Source of the DNA: Bolinopsis microptera
Lineage: Eukaryota
DNA length: 64,000 bases
Reading direction: 5' to 3'
NCBI RefSeq assembly: GCF_026151205.1
Contig: NC_087073.1
Coordinates: 19,228,658-19,292,657 of the forward strand
Shown here: piece after piece, positions 1 through 10,165 of the stretch
How the letters are laid out: each line of letters starts with the position of its first letter
Position numbering within the stretch: the stretch's first letter is position 1
Notes under the pieces: generated by a model
Seen by the model: the letters and a program-made list of their open reading frames with translations, nothing else
Database searches by the model: none
Told to the model about the DNA's origin: nothing
Program-made: the position numbers and the translations under genes

Positions 1-207
1 CTTTTTACACTTTTGCTCACATCACTCACAGTCAGCCGCTCTGACATGGTTAACCACCTTCCTTGTGTTGTTGGTTAATCATATGAGCGGGATATAAATA
101 CCTCATTTCATTTCATTTCAATATTGACATGTGTATGACGTAATTGTGTGATAGTAGTGATAGTAACAAACGTTTAAACAATTCTCTCAATTATTGCAAC
201 ATATCCT

Positions 208-397
208 TGTTAGTATTCTCACTGAGCTGCGAGGGCCACATCGCTGCAGTGTTTCTATTTCTATTATGGATTGTATTTGTATTTATATTCATTTATTTAT
301 TTATTAAGATGACTAACCATCTATCTCCATAGGAGTGGTGGGGCTGTTTTTACACTACAATTACTGCCTATCATTGCACCGTCTAACCAATAAAACA
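208..397 (+). repeat. 5' LTR of copia-type element (190 bp)
   Basis: Identical to 5732-5921. Starts TGTTAG and ends AAAACA. Confidence 0.9.
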
Positions 398-3300
398 TGG
401 TAAACAGTGAAGATGAAAAAGAAAGTAATCCACCACCTGATACAGCAACATCATCAAATGTTCAAGGAGCAGTACTGCAACCAGAGCCAATACAAGTGCA
501 GTACCAACAGCCAGCAGCCCGCCTTACAGCCCCACCGCAATGGAAAGCATCTATGAGTTATGAGGAATGGAGACTACAAGTTGAGATGTGGGACAAATTA
601 TGTGCAGTCAGAAAAGTAGACCCCGCAGAGCAAGGGTATGCCTTGTTCAACCTAGTATCTCAACACACTGATCATAATATCGTATCAAAGCTCAACTCAG
701 CAGTAAAAAACAAAGACATCGATGTTCTTGACGGGGAAGGAGTACAAAACATCATGAAGCTATTAGATAGAACATACAGGAAAGATGATACCAGTAAGAT
801 GATGAAATCCTGGTCGGATTTTATCAATCTTAGGAGAAAGGACAGTCAAGATATGTCAAGCTTTCTCAATAACTTTGATCAAGCCAACACCAACTTGAAA
901 ATTAGCAAGATATCTCTTCCTGGAACTGTGTTAGCATTACACATGCTAGAAAGATCCGGTTTATCAGCAAATGACAAAAAGCTGGTAATGACTGGAGTTG
1001 AGTTAGTTAAAACAGAGTCTGTTGTTGAAGATATGATGAATTCAATCAAGAAATACTTTGGTGAAGGAATCCGTGAGGTTGAAAAGAGACCACAATGTGA
1101 TACGCCCATCAAAGAAGAGCCAGTATTCAATGGTGAGAGACTTTTTTCTGAATCGTCAGAATCTACACGTTCATCATCAGATCCTGATAACATGTCTGAA
1201 GAAGAGGAAGCCTACTACACCAATTGGAGAAATAGAGGAAAGGCTTGGAGAAGAACAGATAATAACAGATCATACAACAATCACATCTCAAGATTTAATC
1301 GTGACAAAAGGGATAATGACAAAGGAGAATACAAGCCAAAGAGATATTCAGATAATGATCGAAGAAGAGATAACTCTAGAAGTTTCAAAAAAGAGTACTC
1401 TAAGACATATAAGACAGCTGATGACTCTAGGGCAACTCAGAAGTTTAACCCCCGGTTGAGATGTAATAGATGTGAATCAGTAATGCATTTGATTAAAGAT
1501 TGTCCTCATTCAGATAGATCAGAAAATGTTAATGAATGTAGAGAGATTTCAGAGATGGAGACAGCAGAATGCCATCAGGTAGCACTTTTAGACTCTGCTT
1601 GCTCGAAGAATGTAGTTGGCGAAGAATGGATTCGTGAGTACATAGATAACCTGACAGAAGAGGACAAAGCACTCCTGAAAGTGTCAGACGCCCGTTCAAA
1701 ATACAGTTTTGGAGGTAGTGACCCTATTGCTGCCGCAGATGCGGTGAGAGTACCTTGTATAATTGCCGGAAAGAAGACATTCCTTTGGGCTGATATAGTG
1801 CAAAGGAATATTCCATTTCTGATCTCCAAAGAAGAGATGGCAAAGCGAGGGTTTAAATTAGACCTTGGTACAAGTACGATTGAAGTAGATGGAGAGATGA
1901 TCCCTGTTATAACAACCGAGTCAGGTCTGATTGGCATATCTCTATGGGATTATAATGAAGTTGCTATAGAAGAGCAATGTAATCTAGTCAATCTAGATGA
2001 CACAGTCAGCAGTATTACCAAACTTCATAAGCAGCTGGGTCATTGTTCAGCAGAGAATCTGAAAAAGATTACCAAAAATGCAAACGTACAAGGTGAAAAT
2101 GTGAACAAGGTGATTGATCAAGTGCTAAAAGAATGTGATGCCTGTGCGAGATATAAAAGAACACCCTCCACACCAGTCGTTGGATTACCTATGGCAACGA
2201 AGTTCAATGAGGTAGTAGCTCTTGATTTGAAACAATTTACTGGAATCAATGGTTATGTGATTTACATTGTTGATATGTTCTCAAGATTCTGCAAAGCTAG
2301 GGTGATTTCCAACAAAAAGCCAGAGACAGTAATAAAAGCCTTTACTATGGAATGGATTGCAGCAGGTATGGGACCTCCAGGAAAAATATTAGTGGACAAT
2401 GGAGGAGAATTCGCAAACAATGAACTTAATGATCTCAGTGAACAACTCAACTTTGAAATTTGTGTTACCAGTGCCTACTCACCTTGGTCAAATGGCTTAT
2501 GTGAAAGAAACCATGCTGTGGTTGACAAATCAGTGCTTAAAATGATGTATGACGGGTTTCCATTGAAGATAGCACTTGCATGGTCAATCAATGCCAAGAA
2601 CACACTGTACAATGTCAGTGGATTTTCTCCAGTGCAGATAGTGACAGGTCAGAATCCAAACTTTCCTGGGGTATCTTACAACTTGCTACCTGCTAATGAA
2701 GGAGCAGATGAATCATTATCAAGCGACATTCAAAGGAATCTTAATGCAATGTATCTAAGCAGAAAAGCATATCTAGAGGCAGAGAATTCAGAAAGAGTTA
2801 AAAGAGCTTTGAAAAGACCCTTACGAGATATCAACCAAGACTTTATGATTGGTGATGTTGTATTCTACAAAAGACCTAATATTGAACGCTGGAAAGGACC
2901 TGCCAAGATAGTCGGCAAGGAAGGAAAGACTCTTATACTGAGGCATGGAGGACTGCTTATCAAAGCAGCAAGCTGTAGAATTGTGAAACGAGAATATATA
3001 GTGAGTGACGAGCACAACCAAAACAATGATGATATCTTGGAAACAGAGAATAGCATACATGATGAAGCAGTCAATCTTAACGATGATCAGTTTGATGAAG
3101 CTGCTGAAAACATAGAAGAAATGCCTATTCAATTTCAAGTGCCAGTGGAAACAGAGGAAATACCAACAGGACAAGAAATTATGAGCTCCTCTCCAATACT
3201 TGAAATAGACTCTAAGGTAATTTCCAATGAACAAAAACAACAACTCAAGATTAAGTATTTGGAAACTAGACTTCAGAAAAACGATGTTTCGGTCGGAGAT

Positions 3301-5013
3301 ACGGTGAAACTTGTTAAAGAAGGAAAAGAAAATGAATGGGAGACATGTACCGTGACTCAAAAAGGAAAACGGCTTGGCAGAAAAGATCACTGGGTGAAAC
3401 TTATGACAACCCAAGGTGAAGAAAAGCTGATAGATTGTACAAAGACGGCTATGTACAAAGCTGATGCTGCTATTGATGCAGAACCTGGAGACGATCACGA
3501 AGAATGTAATGTTGTGACAATTCCCACTTCCAGACACAATGAAGATGTGGTTATTAAGGCTAAAGTTATTGAATTGACTAACTGGAAGCAGAGAGAAGTA
3601 TATGATGAAGTCAAGGATTGTGATCAGAATGTCATTACAACAACTTGGGTAATAACAGAAAAACCCAGCACTGAACTTGGAGTTAAAGCCCGGTTAGTAG
3701 TCCGTGGATTTCAAGAGCAAAATCAGTCGATTGAAGTGGAGTCACCTACAGTATTCAAAAACACTCTCAAGGTTGTACTTGCTATAGCTGCAAACCAGCA
3801 GTGGCAACTAACAACGATTGATATCAAAGCTGCCTTTCTGCAAGGAAATAAAATTGAAAGAAATGTTTATGTCATACCACCCAAGGAAGCTCATGTAGAA
3901 AAAGGTTATTTGTGGAGATTGAGAAAGACAGTGTATGGTTTAAATGATGCGGCAAGAGCTTGGTTTATCAGTGTGAAGGGACTTCTTATCAACCTTGGTT
4001 GTACTCAATCAGTGTTAGATCCTGCTTTGTTCATATGGAGAACTAGTACTGGATTCGAAGGAACACTTGTGCTTCACGTTGATGATTTCTTAGTAGCTGG
4101 TACAAAGTCATTCTTTGATAGAGTTGTAAAAGAACTGACATCAAACTTTGAAGCTGGTAAAATCTGCAAATCAAAGTTCAATTACATTGGTCTATCAGTT
4201 GAGCAGACAGAAGACGGTATCCTAGTGAACCAACATGAATATATCCGAGATCTAGCAGATGTCATCAATGATAAAGAACATGAGATATATCATCTGTCGA
4301 CTGACAGGAAGCTTAGAACAATATGTGGTCAGTTGAACTGGGTAGCTGCTCAATCACGCCCAGATTTGTCATTCATGACGTATGATTTAAATGTAACAAA
4401 GAGTGTAGATCCAGTAGAAGCTGTTAAGAAGGCCAATAAAGCATTCAGACGGATGAAAGAGCTCAACGGTTGTTACAACACAAAGTTCTCAAAGTTAGGA
4501 GACATTTCTACACTAAAGATTGTGATCTACTCTGATGCATCATCTATGAACCTCGGTGACAAGGTGTCCACAGGAAAAGGTCATCTAATAGTCCTAATGA
4601 ATGAGGAAGGAAAGATATCACCGTTATCATGGGGAAGTCATAAATGTAAACGAGTTGTAAGCAGCACTTTGAGCGCAGAGACTTTGGCATTCAAAGATAC
4701 ATTAGATCATGGAGTGTATGTCTCTCATCTGATAAGTGAGATCTACTTCGATCAATTTGATAAGTCAATGGTTCCAGTAATAGGCTTTACAGACAATCAA
4801 TCATTAGATAAAGCTTTGCGATCAAGTAAACATGTTGAAGAAAAGAGGTTGAACGTTGATCTGGCTACCATTAGACAAATGCAGCAGAAAGATGAGATTG
4901 AAGTAAAATGGGAAGAGGGAGCTAAACAGCTTGCGGATCCCTTTACTAAAATAACCAGTAACAGTGATAAACTTTTAGTGATGCTAAATAAAGGAGAAAT
5001 TGTTTCAATTTAA
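397..5013 (+). CDS. Copia Gag-Pol polyprotein, uninterrupted 1538 aa
   Basis: Gag zinc knuckle CNRCESVMHLIKDC (CX2CX4HX4C). Protease LLDSACSKNVVG. Integrase HHCC (H..GHCSAENL ... CDACARYK) and DDE residues (IVDMFSRF / LVDNGGEF / CERNH). RT motif LHVDDFLVAG. RNase H region with IVIYSDASSM and TDNQS. Confidence 0.9.
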   Translation: MVNSEDEKESNPPPDTATSSNVQGAVLQPEPIQVQYQQPAARLTAPPQWKASMSYEEWRLQVEMWDKLCAVRKVDPAEQGYALFNLVSQHTDHNIVSKLNSAVKNKDIDVLDGEGVQNIMKLLDRTYRKDDTSKMMKSWSDFINLRRKDSQDMSSFLNNFDQANTNLKISKISLPGTVLALHMLERSGLSANDKKLVMTGVELVKTESVVEDMMNSIKKYFGEGIREVEKRPQCDTPIKEEPVFNGERLFSESSESTRSSSDPDNMSEEEEAYYTNWRNRGKAWRRTDNNRSYNNHISRFNRDKRDNDKGEYKPKRYSDNDRRRDNSRSFKKEYSKTYKTADDSRATQKFNPRLRCNRCESVMHLIKDCPHSDRSENVNECREISEMETAECHQVALLDSACSKNVVGEEWIREYIDNLTEEDKALLKVSDARSKYSFGGSDPIAAADAVRVPCIIAGKKTFLWADIVQRNIPFLISKEEMAKRGFKLDLGTSTIEVDGEMIPVITTESGLIGISLWDYNEVAIEEQCNLVNLDDTVSSITKLHKQLGHCSAENLKKITKNANVQGENVNKVIDQVLKECDACARYKRTPSTPVVGLPMATKFNEVVALDLKQFTGINGYVIYIVDMFSRFCKARVISNKKPETVIKAFTMEWIAAGMGPPGKILVDNGGEFANNELNDLSEQLNFEICVTSAYSPWSNGLCERNHAVVDKSVLKMMYDGFPLKIALAWSINAKNTLYNVSGFSPVQIVTGQNPNFPGVSYNLLPANEGADESLSSDIQRNLNAMYLSRKAYLEAENSERVKRALKRPLRDINQDFMIGDVVFYKRPNIERWKGPAKIVGKEGKTLILRHGGLLIKAASCRIVKREYIVSDEHNQNNDDILETENSIHDEAVNLNDDQFDEAAENIEEMPIQFQVPVETEEIPTGQEIMSSSPILEIDSKVISNEQKQQLKIKYLETRLQKNDVSVGDTVKLVKEGKENEWETCTVTQKGKRLGRKDHWVKLMTTQGEEKLIDCTKTAMYKADAAIDAEPGDDHEECNVVTIPTSRHNEDVVIKAKVIELTNWKQREVYDEVKDCDQNVITTTWVITEKPSTELGVKARLVVRGFQEQNQSIEVESPTVFKNTLKVVLAIAANQQWQLTTIDIKAAFLQGNKIERNVYVIPPKEAHVEKGYLWRLRKTVYGLNDAARAWFISVKGLLINLGCTQSVLDPALFIWRTSTGFEGTLVLHVDDFLVAGTKSFFDRVVKELTSNFEAGKICKSKFNYIGLSVEQTEDGILVNQHEYIRDLADVINDKEHEIYHLSTDRKLRTICGQLNWVAAQSRPDLSFMTYDLNVTKSVDPVEAVKKANKAFRRMKELNGCYNTKFSKLGDISTLKIVIYSDASSMNLGDKVSTGKGHLIVLMNEEGKISPLSWGSHKCKRVVSSTLSAETLAFKDTLDHGVYVSHLISEIYFDQFDKSMVPVIGFTDNQSLDKALRSSKHVEEKRLNVDLATIRQMQQKDEIEVKWEEGAKQLADPFTKITSNSDKLLVMLNKGEIVSI

Positions 5014-5147
5014 TTGGTATTTAATGGTTTTTTAATTAGTGGTAGGTTTTGACGCCAATGAAACAGTGTGCATTTGTTTTTTTTAATTGTTTATAATTTG
5101 TTTATAATTACGAGTGACGATGACTTTAATGTATAATTAACCTTTAA

Positions 5148-5206
<59 letters not shown>

Positions 5207-5319
5207 AACAACAACAACAACAACAATCCGAAGTCCCGGTGACACTTTGTCAAGAACAGCTTATTAAAAGAAAAAGACAATCCGAAGTCCCGGTGACACT
5301 TTGTCAAGAATCAGCCCAT

Positions 5320-5364
<45 letters not shown>
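5148..5364 (+). repeat. Internal A-rich low-complexity region of the copia element: poly(A)~57, (CAA)7, a 34-bp direct repeat x2, then poly(A)~43
   Basis: Seen directly in the sequence. The unit caatccgaagtcccggtgacactttgtcaagaa occurs twice. Confidence 0.85.
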
Positions 5365-5367
<3 letters not shown>

Positions 5368-5731
5368 AACAATATTTACAGGGTTTCACAAGGAATTGGT
5401 ACCTGTGCATCTCTGTTTTGGTTTTGGATCTTGTGATCTCCTGTGGTAGTGTGGCTCTCCTCTTGGCTAGTACCTACTCTCACCTTGCTCTCAACGTGAC
5501 AGACTACTTACTTTCTCCTGCTATCTATGGCCGTTGTGAGAACGGGATACAGACTATGAATAGTACAGTGTAAGAAATTGAAAGGACGGAAAGAATTGAA
5601 ATGAACAGTATTATTATGATTTTTGAAAAAGGAAGGAAGAAAGAATTGAGAATGTGATGATAGTTTTTGGAAAAGTGATGATGATTGTTTTTTTGGAAAA
5701 GTTTTAATCTGTTTTAGAAATTGGGGTAAGA

Positions 5732-5921
5732 TGTTAGTATTCTCACTGAGCTGCGAGGGCCACATCGCTGCAGTGTTTCTATTTCTATTATGGATTGTAT
5801 TTGTATTTATATTCATTTATTTATTTATTAAGATGACTAACCATCTATCTCCATAGGAGTGGTGGGGCTGTTTTTACACTACAATTACTGCCTATCATTG
5901 CACCGTCTAACCAATAAAACA
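5732..5921 (+). repeat. 3' LTR of copia-type element (190 bp)
   Basis: Identical to 208-397. Followed directly by the ATCCT target-site duplication. Confidence 0.9.
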
Positions 5922-7130
5922 ATCCTCAATTTAATTCTTACAGTTATTCAGGTTCATGCCGGTTCATGAGGTTTGAATTGAGCCCTTTATTAACTATCAC
6001 AATAATTAACCAGTTTGATGTAAATTTGAGTCATAATGAACTAAACGTTTCTGAGTAACTTTTTACCTTTCATTGCACAAAGGAACTCCCCAGTATACTA
6101 ACAATTTGTATCATCTATTTGATGTGGAATAGGTTACATGTTGCTCTCTATAATGAAAGTGAAACTATCTATTTCAGTTTCTTTTTAGTTTCTGGATAAA
6201 TCACGCCCGTGTTAAAACAGAGAACACATCAATTTTAGTCGATCAAACTTAGTTCGCACTGCTCTCATTCATTTCGCAACTTTATCCTTTCGAACTTGGT
6301 GACGTTTATAGTCTTTATACTTTCCTGCTTAGATGAGCATGAACTATTAGTACTATACCCACTACCTAATAGTTAACCTAATCTGAAGTCTTTATGTATC
6401 CTTCAAACAAGTCCCCTGTTATCTTCTTAATTATATATCTACAGTACTTTAAACTATTATTCCGTTCTGTGAACGATCCCAAGGCATCTTATCCTCAATT
6501 TTCATTCAATAGCAACAATTTCTAAAATTTAGTCGGCAAAAAAATAGCAGGCAAATGGAGTCGACTTTTAGCAAGGTTGTAGAAAAATGATATGCTGCTA
6601 TAAATGTAATTTTAGGATTTGATAATGGCCTTACTTGGTTATAAGCTCATGAGGGTACTTTCCAACTCTTCGTCAGGGATTGTTCGCATATTATTACGCT
6701 ACGAGGTGACAAAGTCACTACTCCCTCAGTCAAGTGACTATTATAATGTAAAGAGGCTTTTAAGTTTTAAATCGTATTTTAACAAGATATTATACACAAA
6801 ACGAAATAATTACGTAAAGGCTGTAATTTTACTTTTATATGGAATATTAATGGATTTTTTTTATCTAGACACTTATTTTACTTCGGTGTATTCCAACAGC
6901 CACAATGTTACACAAGTGCAACCAGCCAATTACAGGAAGCCGAAGGATCTTTTTGGCCAGTGACGGTTAAGGTAGTGTGTACCATACTTTCTTCGTCCGA
7001 GACTTTGCTGCAATGTGCAGCTCCTCATTTAACCCTCACACCCGATTTCTCGAGTATTCGGCTGAGTAGACCGGGGGGCTGCATAGACCACTCATGATCC
7101 TTAGCTGAACGTCGACGACGCTCACCCCAC

Positions 7131-7213
7131 GACCAGGCAGTCAGTGGGTTTCGAACTCGCAACCTAACGATTGTAAGACAGGCGTTCTAACCAACTGCGC
7201 TACCTGGCCGTTA
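7131..7213 (-). other. tRNA-derived sequence, probably the head of a SINE or a pseudo-tRNA, not a functional tRNA
   Basis: Minus strand reads GGCCAGGTAGCGCAGTTGGTTAGAACGCC...GAGTTCGAAACCC...CCTGGTC. This has pol III A box (TAGCGCAGTTGG) and B box (GAGTTCGAAACC) and a 7-bp acceptor pairing (GGCCAGG / CCTGGTC). The anticodon arm does not fold canonically. Unique-looking sequence continues 3' of it down to about 6960. Confidence 0.35.
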
Positions 7214-8372
7214 AAAAAAAGTAAATGGATAAAATTTTTACTATACACATCTAGAACGGTTCCTAAATTAACAGATCGGTCAATTATAAACACGACATAG
7301 TGTTCCTTGTTTTGAGTCTTTAGTTTTGGGAAATACAAAAAGTTTCACCAAAAACGACTTGAAAGTTGGCGAATTTAACATATTAATGGTTCAGCAAATT
7401 ATTATGTCTGATTTCTGGAACCGTTTGTTAAATGGCTCCATTTGAAGGTTATGGCCACAATTTTGTCAAAAATACAGGGTGGGGGGCCAAAGTAACGTTG
7501 CATACATTGGCCTTTATGGCTCAGTCACTGATCGTCCGATTGAGGTAATTCTTTTTGGTATGACTTACTTTCACCACTCATTCGAGGAATATGTTAAATC
7601 AAAGAATATTCATGTTAATTTTTTTCGAATGAAGGTTCATTATCGCATTTATTTGATAGTTCTGATAATCGGATCGAGCCAAATTTTATTGAATTGTGTT
7701 CGGCCATTCGAATCACGTTTGTCCTGAACAGATGAGAGTTGTAGCTTCTCAGATAACTGAGATAGAAGCATAACGAGTTTATTCATTATGTGTGATCAGG
7801 CTTACCTGATTGTGAAGGCAGCCCAGTTAAGGTGTCGTGTCACATAATCAACCAATCAATTTTGTTAAAGAGATACAAAAAATCAAAAATTCTTGATAAC
7901 ATCGTCATTTCATATCTATCTATTATATGGGCGCGGTCTGAAATACTCGAATTTTCGAATTTTGTTAACTAGTAAGGTTTTTTTCAAACCTTACCAGTTA
8001 CCACTTACCATGGCCAAAGATCACGAATAAATCTTAATGTTTTCAAACAGTTCAAACCCCATTCAAATTTACTCGATTTCAGGTTTAAAAAGTGGCAGAT
8101 TTTACACTTGGAGGAAGCTTAGCTTGGACAAAATTTAAAACCAGCAAAACTATGGTGCAATATAAATTGGGACAATCTAATATAGCCTATAAAAGTACTA
8201 AGTACTATTAGTTTCATGTTAGATAACAATCGTATAGTTTCTTTGCGTGTACCACTTTTATTTGTGAACATTCTTAAATACTGTGTCCAACTAGTATTCC
8301 GAATTTAAATGTTATTAACATTATACGATATATCCTGTAGTTCATTTTATCAGCACACCTAAAAGAGCTCAC

Positions 8373-8852
8373 TTGCGTATTGAGCCTAATGTTTGTTTAA
8401 TTTTTCTGTCGATATTACTAATCCTCGTTAATTTCTGTATAGCAATGATGATCACCTTCATTGTGACACTTTCCCTGGTTTGTGCTCTAGCCTCTAGTAA
8501 TGACGGACTGAAGGTCCGAGCTCTGTCATTTGGTCGAACAAATGCAGACTATGTACAATTCAAACCCAGTGGTGATATGTCTCCGTTCTCTACTTCCTTT
8601 ACCATATGCTCATGGATGAAGAGACTTCATGATGCGAGTCACCCAATAGTGTTGCACTACTGGCCATGGGAATTGGTCATCGGAGACAACGGATATTGGA
8701 ATTACGCTAACGGGTACCTAGATCTAAGCGGAAGGTTCCCAGAAGCTAAACAGTGGTTCCATCACTGTTTATCGTGGGTGGTTGGAGGTACACAGAGAGT
8801 GTACGTGAACGGTGTACAATTAGGCAGCACATCCGCTTCAGCCTTCAGCTAA
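8373..8852 (+). CDS. Pentraxin-like ORF, N-terminal part (signal peptide and first half of the pentraxin fold)
   Basis: ORF track plus alignment by eye to CRP/SAP: FTVCLHF versus FTICSWM; HICTSWESASGIVEFWVDGKP versus HHCLSWVVGGTQRVYVNGVQ. Confidence 0.7.
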   Translation: MRIEPNVCLIFLSILLILVNFCIAMMITFIVTLSLVCALASSNDGLKVRALSFGRTNADYVQFKPSGDMSPFSTSFTICSWMKRLHDASHPIVLHYWPWELVIGDNGYWNYANGYLDLSGRFPEAKQWFHHCLSWVVGGTQRVYVNGVQLGSTSASAFS

Positions 8853-8862
8853 GAGGCTTACA

Positions 8863-9162
8863 ATGGGAGGGACCATCGCTTTAGGGAACCAGGTACAGAG
8901 TGGTAAGGATACAAATTACATATTCGGTGGACAGTTATTCAAGCTGAACTGGTATTCTGAAGAACTGACCTCATCCCAGATAAGAGAGATGTTTGAAGCT
9001 GGCATGTGTTCTACTGTAGAGGAGGAGTATAGCAGCAGGGAAATAAAATGGGAGCTGATTCTGACGAAACAGAGATACGGCAATGTTACAGAGTTTCTCC
9101 CAACAGAATGTGGAGTAGACTGCAAGACCAAGCTGGAGGAAACACAGACGAAGCTAAATTAA
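8863..9162 (+). CDS. Pentraxin-like ORF, C-terminal half of the domain, in a different frame
   Basis: IILGQEQDSFGG versus IALGNQVQSGKDTNYIFGG. The open frame actually extends back to 8824. Confidence 0.65.
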   Translation: MGGTIALGNQVQSGKDTNYIFGGQLFKLNWYSEELTSSQIREMFEAGMCSTVEEEYSSREIKWELILTKQRYGNVTEFLPTECGVDCKTKLEETQTKLN

Positions 9163-9169
9163 TCAGAAA

Positions 9170-9430
9170 CCAAGCTACAGAAAACACAGACAGCGCTAGA
9201 GGAATCAGAGACCAAGCACCAAGGGACCAAAAGTGTGCTAACAGAATCAGAGACCCAGCACCAAGGAACCAAGACTGAGCTAAGTGAATTAGAATCTGAG
9301 CTACAGGAAGCATGGACAGCGCTAGAGGAATCAGAGACCAAGCACCAAGAGACCAAAAGTGTGCTAACAGAATCAGAGACCCAGCACCAAGGAACCAAGA
9401 CTGAGCTAAGTGAATCAGAGACCGAACTAC
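9170..9430 (+). repeat. Two tandem 126-bp (42-aa) coding repeats with a heptad-like coiled-coil composition (ESETKHQGTKSVLTESETQHQGTKTELSE...)
   Basis: The string gcgctagaggaatcagagaccaagcaccaag recurs at 9193 and 9319, a period of 126 bp. Confidence 0.7.
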
Positions 9431-10043
9431 AGCAAAAAGAAAACAAACTAATCAAAACCGAACAGGAACTACAAGAAATAACTAAAACTCTAAACGACAC
9501 TCTATCGGAACTAACAGAGATGAAAGAGAACAAGGCTGATTGTAGGGAATTAAAGATGAAGCTCCAGGAAACTGATGCCAAACTTAACAGCACCCAACAG
9601 GAACTACAAGAAAACACGAAAACTCAGAACGGAAACCTTTTGGAGGAGGCTAGAAGTCTTGAAACTGTCAGTAGATGGGACGTTTTGTTCACTCCCCCTT
9701 ACCTGAATAAGCTCTTTACACGGCAGCTCTACAATCAACTGACCAACTGCAGTTGGGATATGATGGGTAATTCTTAACTCTTTTCTTCTTGTCGGTTTTG
9801 TATCTTTCAGAGAATATTAGTTATACAGAATACTATATTTAAATAACAATGAATCAGATAAAGAATACCACTGATCTAACCAAACTTATAACATTTCAGA
9901 AGAGTTCATTGGGGTGAACGTTACAGTGGGACTGGTGGAGCATTTCAGACAAAACCACGCGGAACACGAAACTTGCGACGAGGAATGAACTGAACATCAG
10001 CTACTGTAGTCAACTACTTGTTATTGGGTCCTGTTATCATTTA

Positions 10044-10160
10044 TAATCATCTGTAATCGTCTGCAATCATCTGTAAATCATCTGTAAATCATCTGTAATC
10101 ATCTGTAATCATCTGCAATCATCTGCAAATCATCTGCAAATCATCTTTAATCATATGCAA
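10044..10160. repeat. Minisatellite (ATCTGTAATC / ATCTGCAATC)n, about 12 copies
   Basis: Direct reading. The same array resumes at 11380-11530. Confidence 0.85.
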
Positions 10161-10165
10161 TCAAC

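Larger units (their letters stand above)
208..5921 (+). mobile_element. Full-length Ty1/copia-type LTR retrotransposon (LTR / gag-PR-IN-RT-RH / LTR), apparently intact and recently inserted
   Basis: Two 190-bp direct repeats (208-397 and 5732-5921) with no mismatches by eye, TG...CA termini. They are flanked by the same 5 bp ATCCT (203-207 and 5922-5926). A single 1538-aa ORF fills the interior with domain order PR-IN-RT-RH, which is diagnostic for copia. TGG PBS-like sequence directly after the 5' LTR; purine-rich tract GGGGTAAGA just before the 3' LTR. Confidence 0.9.
8373..9777 (+). pseudogene. Pentraxin-domain protein with a C-terminal tandem-repeat coiled-coil region, apparently disrupted by one frameshift and one in-frame stop
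   Basis: Signal-peptide-like N-terminus. Pentraxin hallmarks FTICSW and HHCLSW (HxCxS/TWxS/T signature), IALGNQ..SG..NYIFGG, GQLFKLNWYSEELTSSQIREMF (compare CRP GNVNMWDFVLSPDEINTIY). The frame changes between 8852 and 8863 with no GT..AG available in between. A TAA at 9160-9162 separates the pentraxin from the 9163-9777 coiled-coil region in the same frame. Confidence 0.6.

Noticed and set aside
144-332. 62-aa ORF
   Set aside because: Lies inside the copia 5' LTR (duplicated in the 3' LTR). Not a gene.
6619-6963. 114-aa plus-strand ORF
   Set aside because: AT-rich, no homology, overlaps the putative SINE body on the opposite strand.
7131-7213. Possible functional tRNA gene
   Set aside because: Acceptor, A box and B box are present, but the anticodon arm does not fold and the T-stem pairing is poor. 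Treated as a tRNA-derived or SINE-like sequence instead.
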